From an uncultured archaeon (GTDB lineage: Archaea; Asgardarchaeota; Thorarchaeia; Thorarchaeales; CAZPUN01): a stretch of DNA of 32,000 bases. Numbering within the stretch: the first letter of the stretch is position 1; every line of letters begins with the position of its first letter. The stretch spans positions 120,001 through 152,000 of the forward strand of contig CAZPUN010000023.1 in NCBI GenBank assembly GCA_964589775.1, written 5' to 3'. The position numbers were made by a program, and so were the translations under genes. Under the pieces are notes generated by a model that was not told where the DNA came from, did not search any database, and saw only the letters and a program-made list of their open reading frames with translations. Of the stretch, positions 27,516-32,000 are shown piece after piece.

Positions 27516-28328
27516 TCATATCCGACCCTCGTCCCCAGAACTTTTCTCCTTGTATGCTTGATGCCATTGTTCAAAAATATTCATATACATACATTGATCT
27601 GGCGGCATCCACATATCTTTTGATTCAAATGTTTTATCTACAAATCTAACTGGTGCACCACGAATAATAACTGCTGGAATAGACTCATTTGATTCCCCCA
27701 TAAGAACTTCTGCAGCAGAAGTCAAATTATCTGCGACGGCTCTTCGTGTTATTCTTAATGGTTTTCCAAAAAGATCTTTTCTTCCTCGTTCATCTTCTAC
27801 TGGAACAAAACCTGATACCGCAAGTGCCATACCAATATTTCCAACACGTAATGGTTGTGTTCTACTGTCTGCAATTATAACTCCAATACTTTTTCCAGTT
27901 TTTTCTTTTACGATGCTTCTTATTTTTTCAGCACTTCCTGCAGGATCTTTAGGAAGTACTTGTGCGTATCCCTCCGGAACATTAGATTTATCTACTCCTG
28001 CATTTGCCATTAAGGTGTTATATTTGATTGTTAGAATAACATGCGGTATTCCCCCAAGAATTTCATCTGATTCATCAAGAACTAATTGTGCGATTTCAGG
28101 TAATAATTCATATTTTTCTGCCATTTTGATAGCTTCTTCTGATGGTTTAATGTCTGTCAATTTAATAGTACATCCTTCAGTTGTTCCTAGAGGTGTTTCC
28201 GCAATTACTAAAATATCCTTATCTTGAAAACTCAGATTTTGTTGTTTCATTGCTTCAAAAATTACATCCATTAGATCATCATCAGGAGTTATAATTCGAG
28301 TTTTTATAGGGAATAGTTCCATTTTCAT
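27516..28328 (-). CDS. cofE: Coenzyme F420-0:L-glutamate ligase
   Basis: DILVIAE, ANAGVDKSN, LPKDP..SA..IR, GVIIADS, DERG.KDLFG, VAD.L.SAA.VLMGE..E.IPAVIIRG. Confidence 0.9.
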   Translation of the reverse strand: MKMELFPIKTRIITPDDDLMDVIFEAMKQQNLSFQDKDILVIAETPLGTTEGCTIKLTDIKPSEEAIKMAEKYELLPEIAQLVLDESDEILGGIPHVILTIKYNTLMANAGVDKSNVPEGYAQVLPKDPAGSAEKIRSIVKEKTGKSIGVIIADSRTQPLRVGNIGMALAVSGFVPVEDERGRKDLFGKPLRITRRAVADNLTSAAEVLMGESNESIPAVIIRGAPVRFVDKTFESKDMWMPPDQCMYMNIFEQWHQAYKEKSSGDEGRI

Positions 28329-28372
28329 TATTGTCGCCCCTCAAAAAAGAAAAAAATGAAAATATACCTGCT

Positions 28373-30223
28373 TTATCTATATCCAGGTCTCTGAGATAAT
28401 AATCGAGGTATCGTAAGTTCTCGTTTTGGATATCCTTTTGTTTCTTCGGTTATTTTCTCGATTAATTCGTCTTCTGTAATTTTGATATTTTCTCTAGTTG
28501 CTCTAACACGTACTGATAGTTTTCCGGATTTTATCTCTTGCTCTCCAAGAACCACAATAAATGGTATCCATTTTGTTTCGGCTTCTCTCATTCGATATGA
28601 TAGTTTTTCATCTCTATCATCTATATCTACTCGGAATCCCGCTTGTTCAATTTTATCTGCGAGTTCGTTCGCCTTTGATAGCATTTCTGAGCCCATTGGA
28701 ATTATTCGAACTTGAACTGGTGAAAGCCAGACTGGTAGCATTGGTTTCTTACCTTGTTTCTCCATTAATACAATGCTATCTAGAACTGTGTACAAGTATC
28801 GTTCGATTGTTCCAATTAAAGCTGTATGTATTATGGGTGGATATTGCTTCTGATCGTTTTCATCTCTGTATGTAATTTCAAATCTCTTTGCATTACCAAT
28901 ATCGATCTGGAATGTGCCAATTTCTCTTGGGCGTTTCATAGTATCAACAATGCAGTATTCGATATTAATTACCCAATAGAATTTATTTTCTGGAACAAAG
29001 TGTAGTAATACTGGTTTGCCTTCCTTCTTCACAAGACTCATAATATAATCCTTTTCTTTCTCAAAATATGATTTTGTTAAATTATATAATGATACATATT
29101 CACGTCCAAGGTTCTTTGCTTCGTTTAGAATTATTTCATGTAATTTCAGAGTGACTTCTTGACTATCTTTTACGTCTTTTGTGAATACATGAAAGTCAGG
29201 CATATGCAGCTTTCTAGTCCTAAAGGACAGCATCAATTCTCCTTTTTGTTCAAGTCTATATGAATCTGCTACTTCAAAGGCTCCAAATGGTAGATTCTTG
29301 TAGCTAATTATCCAGTCTTTTACCATTGCGAATTGTTGATGACATGCTGCATATCGCATAACAAAATCTTTCTCATCCACTGAAACTTTATACAATCTAT
29401 CTCCGAACAATTCTGCATGTGTTCTTACTGGTGGTGCTGATAAATCAAACATGTTTGTTCCCTTGACCATCATCGTGGGAACGCCTGATTTCTTTACGAC
29501 AGTCCATGCATAATCTGCAATCAAATCAAATATGATAGTTCCCTCAGGACCATATCTCATATGGCCCGCATCTGAAAGTGGTTCCCACTCGATGCCAAAT
29601 TTTTTCAAATATTCTTGATATTTCGGAGTACCCTTTACTTCAAATGGTTCCTTGAAAACTTCTTTTGCGACAAGTCTTTCAAAGTCTTTGTCTTTCTTTG
29701 TAAACTTGTATTCCTTAGGATCGTACGTTTTCCCATCAGGTGTCAAAATTAGAAATTCTTCTGCTGCTTCTTCTGCTTTTGCAGTAATCTTTTTTGGTTG
29801 TATGTGTCGGGATAATTCTGATAATGGATGCCCTTTACACGATACTGTAAAGCTCTTATACCAACCAAACATAGCTCTATGTACCTCAAATTTTTCAGCT
29901 TTGAGTGCTTTCTCAAGTTCCTTTAGCACCCGCAATGCAACATCTGGAGACGAAAGATCTGAGGATATGTGGGCAAAGGGATAAATGACTATTTTTTCTG
30001 CATTAACTTGCTCAGCAACTTTCTTGATTTCTGTTACAGCATTTTCAATAAGTGCAGGTTCATCTCTTGAATCCCCTTTTTCCACAGCAGTGAATACTAC
30101 AAGGCATTCATCAATTCGCTGGGGTTCCATTGAATCAATTTCTTCTGCACTATCAATAGCTTTTTTCTTTGGTTGGAACTCTAAGAAATCTGAATGTATT
30201 AACAATATTCTCAAGTGACACAC
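28373..30223 (-). CDS. thrS: Threonyl-tRNA synthetase, archaeal type with N-terminal editing domain
   Basis: RILLIHSD, IYPFAH.SSDL, FGWYKSF.VSCKGHPLSELSR, AACHQQF, MPDFH, IHTA.IG.IER, and an anticodon-binding domain. The start may be TTG 30214. Confidence 0.97.
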   Translation of the reverse strand: MCHLRILLIHSDFLEFQPKKKAIDSAEEIDSMEPQRIDECLVVFTAVEKGDSRDEPALIENAVTEIKKVAEQVNAEKIVIYPFAHISSDLSSPDVALRVLKELEKALKAEKFEVHRAMFGWYKSFTVSCKGHPLSELSRHIQPKKITAKAEEAAEEFLILTPDGKTYDPKEYKFTKKDKDFERLVAKEVFKEPFEVKGTPKYQEYLKKFGIEWEPLSDAGHMRYGPEGTIIFDLIADYAWTVVKKSGVPTMMVKGTNMFDLSAPPVRTHAELFGDRLYKVSVDEKDFVMRYAACHQQFAMVKDWIISYKNLPFGAFEVADSYRLEQKGELMLSFRTRKLHMPDFHVFTKDVKDSQEVTLKLHEIILNEAKNLGREYVSLYNLTKSYFEKEKDYIMSLVKKEGKPVLLHFVPENKFYWVINIEYCIVDTMKRPREIGTFQIDIGNAKRFEITYRDENDQKQYPPIIHTALIGTIERYLYTVLDSIVLMEKQGKKPMLPVWLSPVQVRIIPMGSEMLSKANELADKIEQAGFRVDIDDRDEKLSYRMREAETKWIPFIVVLGEQEIKSGKLSVRVRATRENIKITEDELIEKITEETKGYPKRELTIPRLLSQRPGYR

Positions 30224-30452
30224 TTCCAGATCTTTTATTTTGTTAATTTATTCTTTTATTTTTAAAATAATATTGTATATCTTGTGACCATTTACATCTT
30301 AAGAACGTTGCGACTTGTTCTACCATGAAAAAAAGCTAGTTTTTTATATAGAATTTCATATATATTATATTTAAAATAGCAATATGCATTTAAGTAGCGT
30401 TTATAATTATTTAAAATTGAATTATTTTATTCAAAAATTAAAAATTTAATGG

Positions 30453-31334
30453 GTGGCCACATTGATAAGAGAATTACACGTCTTTGATAAAGAAAAATTG
30501 GTCTTCAAGGATTCAATAGTTCCTACAAAAGGAATTGATTTGGAAAAGATTCTTTACGTTACAGTAAGTTCTGCATTTCAGCAAAAGGAATGGCGAATTG
30601 ATAGTCTTGAAATTTCACGCTATAGATTTACTTACACAAATGCCCATGGGTATGCTTTTGTTATGACGTCTGATAGGGCCGCCACAAAAGAGAAAATTGA
30701 AGAAGCTTTTATGAAGGTAATTACTGAATTTGTCAAGATTTGCATGGATTCAAAATGCAATGATGAAGATACAAAAGAAGACTTTAAGGATGCTTTTAGA
30801 CGGATTGCAGGACGATTGCCCATTAAATTCTGTCTTGCAGGACATGGTGGAACTGGAAAAACTACATTGTTAGAACTTGCTATTCTGCCTACAAAAGGCC
30901 CCCCTCAGAAATATGTTCCTACATTCTTTGGCGATAAAGCCATGTTAAAATCAGATTTTGATCCATATGTACTTTCACTATTTGACCTTGGTGGTCAGGA
31001 TCGATTTGTACAAGAATGGAGCAAAATAATTCGAGCGAGTAGTGGCGTAATTGTTGTAAGTGATTCTACACCCGCAAATATATCTTGGCTACGAAGAGTT
31101 GCATTGCCAGTTCTCAAAGCGAATTTGCCATATTCTCGTGCAATTGCTCTTGCGAATAAGCAAGATCTGCCCGGTGCATTATCCCCTGAAGAAGTAGAGC
31201 GCCGTCTCGGAATTCCCGCATATCCTATGATTGCGAATCGGAAAGAAAATCGCGATAAATGGCTGAAATTGCTAAAGGATTTATTGTTCGAGAATTTAAG
31301 ATTTATAGTTATAGGAGATGTTCCCGATGAGTGA
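30453..31334 (+). CDS. Longin-like domain fused to an Arf-like small GTPase
   Basis: G1 GHGGTGKT, G2 YVPT, G3 DLGGQ, G4 ANKQDLPGALS. The N-terminal ~120 aa show a longin beta-beta-alpha-beta-beta-beta-alpha-alpha pattern. Confidence 0.88.
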   Translation: MATLIRELHVFDKEKLVFKDSIVPTKGIDLEKILYVTVSSAFQQKEWRIDSLEISRYRFTYTNAHGYAFVMTSDRAATKEKIEEAFMKVITEFVKICMDSKCNDEDTKEDFKDAFRRIAGRLPIKFCLAGHGGTGKTTLLELAILPTKGPPQKYVPTFFGDKAMLKSDFDPYVLSLFDLGGQDRFVQEWSKIIRASSGVIVVSDSTPANISWLRRVALPVLKANLPYSRAIALANKQDLPGALSPEEVERRLGIPAYPMIANRKENRDKWLKLLKDLLFENLRFIVIGDVPDE

Positions 31335-31893
31335 TGAATTGTCTTCAGTGATTTCAAAAATAGAAGACGCAACAAGAGAGTTACGACAGAAAATCACAGT
31401 GGAGCAGGATACAGAAATTAATAAAAAATTAGATAATATCATTGAGGACATTTCTACACTTAAGATTACTATTAATCGTATAGCTTCGACCATTGCAACA
31501 ATATCTACAAAAAATGACCAAATACTTAGTATTCTCTCAAGTAAAAAGATTCCTGTTGTTGAAGAAAAGCCATCTGAGCCTGAAATGCCAGAAATTCATA
31601 TTGAAGAGTCTTCTATGGCCAAAAACGTTGAGGCAGCTACTGAAGAAGTATCTGAAGTATCCGAAGTCTCAGAACTTTCAGAAAAAGAACGTACAAGGCT
31701 TGAACAAGAACTTAGAACATTAGAAAGCAATCGTGATATTCTACAAGAGCGATTAAATGAATTATATGAATTGAGTCTTTCAGATCCAACATCTGAAAGC
31801 GAATATGAAGCTGAAATTGAGGAAAAAGAATCATCATTAAAAGAAACGAAAAAGAAAATACGATCAATTAAAAGAAAGCTTGGGAGGTCGTAA
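31327..31893 (+). CDS. Coiled-coil protein with an acidic linker and C-terminal helical hairpin
   Basis: Heptad repeats; overlaps the GTPase stop. ATG 31327 follows GGAG. Confidence 0.75.
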   Translation: MSDELSSVISKIEDATRELRQKITVEQDTEINKKLDNIIEDISTLKITINRIASTIATISTKNDQILSILSSKKIPVVEEKPSEPEMPEIHIEESSMAKNVEAATEEVSEVSEVSELSEKERTRLEQELRTLESNRDILQERLNELYELSLSDPTSESEYEAEIEEKESSLKETKKKIRSIKRKLGRS

Positions 31894-31895
31894 AG

Positions 31896-32000
31896 TTGGG
31901 TATTTTTGATTCATTGTTAAGAAAGAAATACAAGAAGAAAATGGTTCATATTGAGCCCAAAGAATCCGAAGTTGCCCCTAAAAAGGAAGAAGTAACTAGC
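31896..32000 (+). CDS. Partial ORF (runs off the window end), third gene of the GTPase operon
   Basis: TTG 2 nt after the previous stop, with a GGAGG RBS. Translation: MGIFDSLLRKKYKKKMVHIEPKESEVAPKKEEVTS. Confidence 0.65.
   Translation, partial: MGIFDSLLRKKYKKKMVHIEPKESEVAPKKEEVTS

Noticed and set aside
31645-31683. Degenerate 9-bp repeats encoding EVS/ELS
   Set aside because: Ordinary low-complexity linker.

Overview
Gene-dense, AT-rich archaeal chromosomal segment with GGTGA/GGAGG ribosome-binding sites and frequent GTG/TTG starts. It is most likely from an Asgard archaeon; this is inferred from several proteins resembling eukaryotic membrane-trafficking components. Housekeeping genes: the 5' end of tpiA, FBP aldolase/phosphatase, an FKBP, a nucleoside phosphorylase, arcS-raSEA (archaeosine) preceded by an Hrq1/DUF1998-type helicase, a split MgtE plus PhoU/RCK-C operon, ABCE1, cofE and archaeal thrS. 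A nurA-herA-mre11-rad50 operon has a rad50 that apparently starts at ATA and carries an altered ABC signature; it is coupled to a PIG-M-like GT-C glycosyltransferase. The most striking candidates are: (i) a cytoplasmic protein with a mu-adaptin/delta-COP-like domain plus extra Ig-like domains, downstream of a catalytically dead MBL-fold protein; (ii) an IFT52/GIFT-domain protein with Tsg101-like coiled-coil and steadiness-box architecture; (iii) an operon with a longin-Arf-like GTPase fusion whose partner shares that helical hairpin; (iv) a structured intergenic RNA candidate upstream of ABCE1. No rRNA, tRNA, CRISPR array or transposase was seen. All homology calls are by eye, against motifs recalled from memory.
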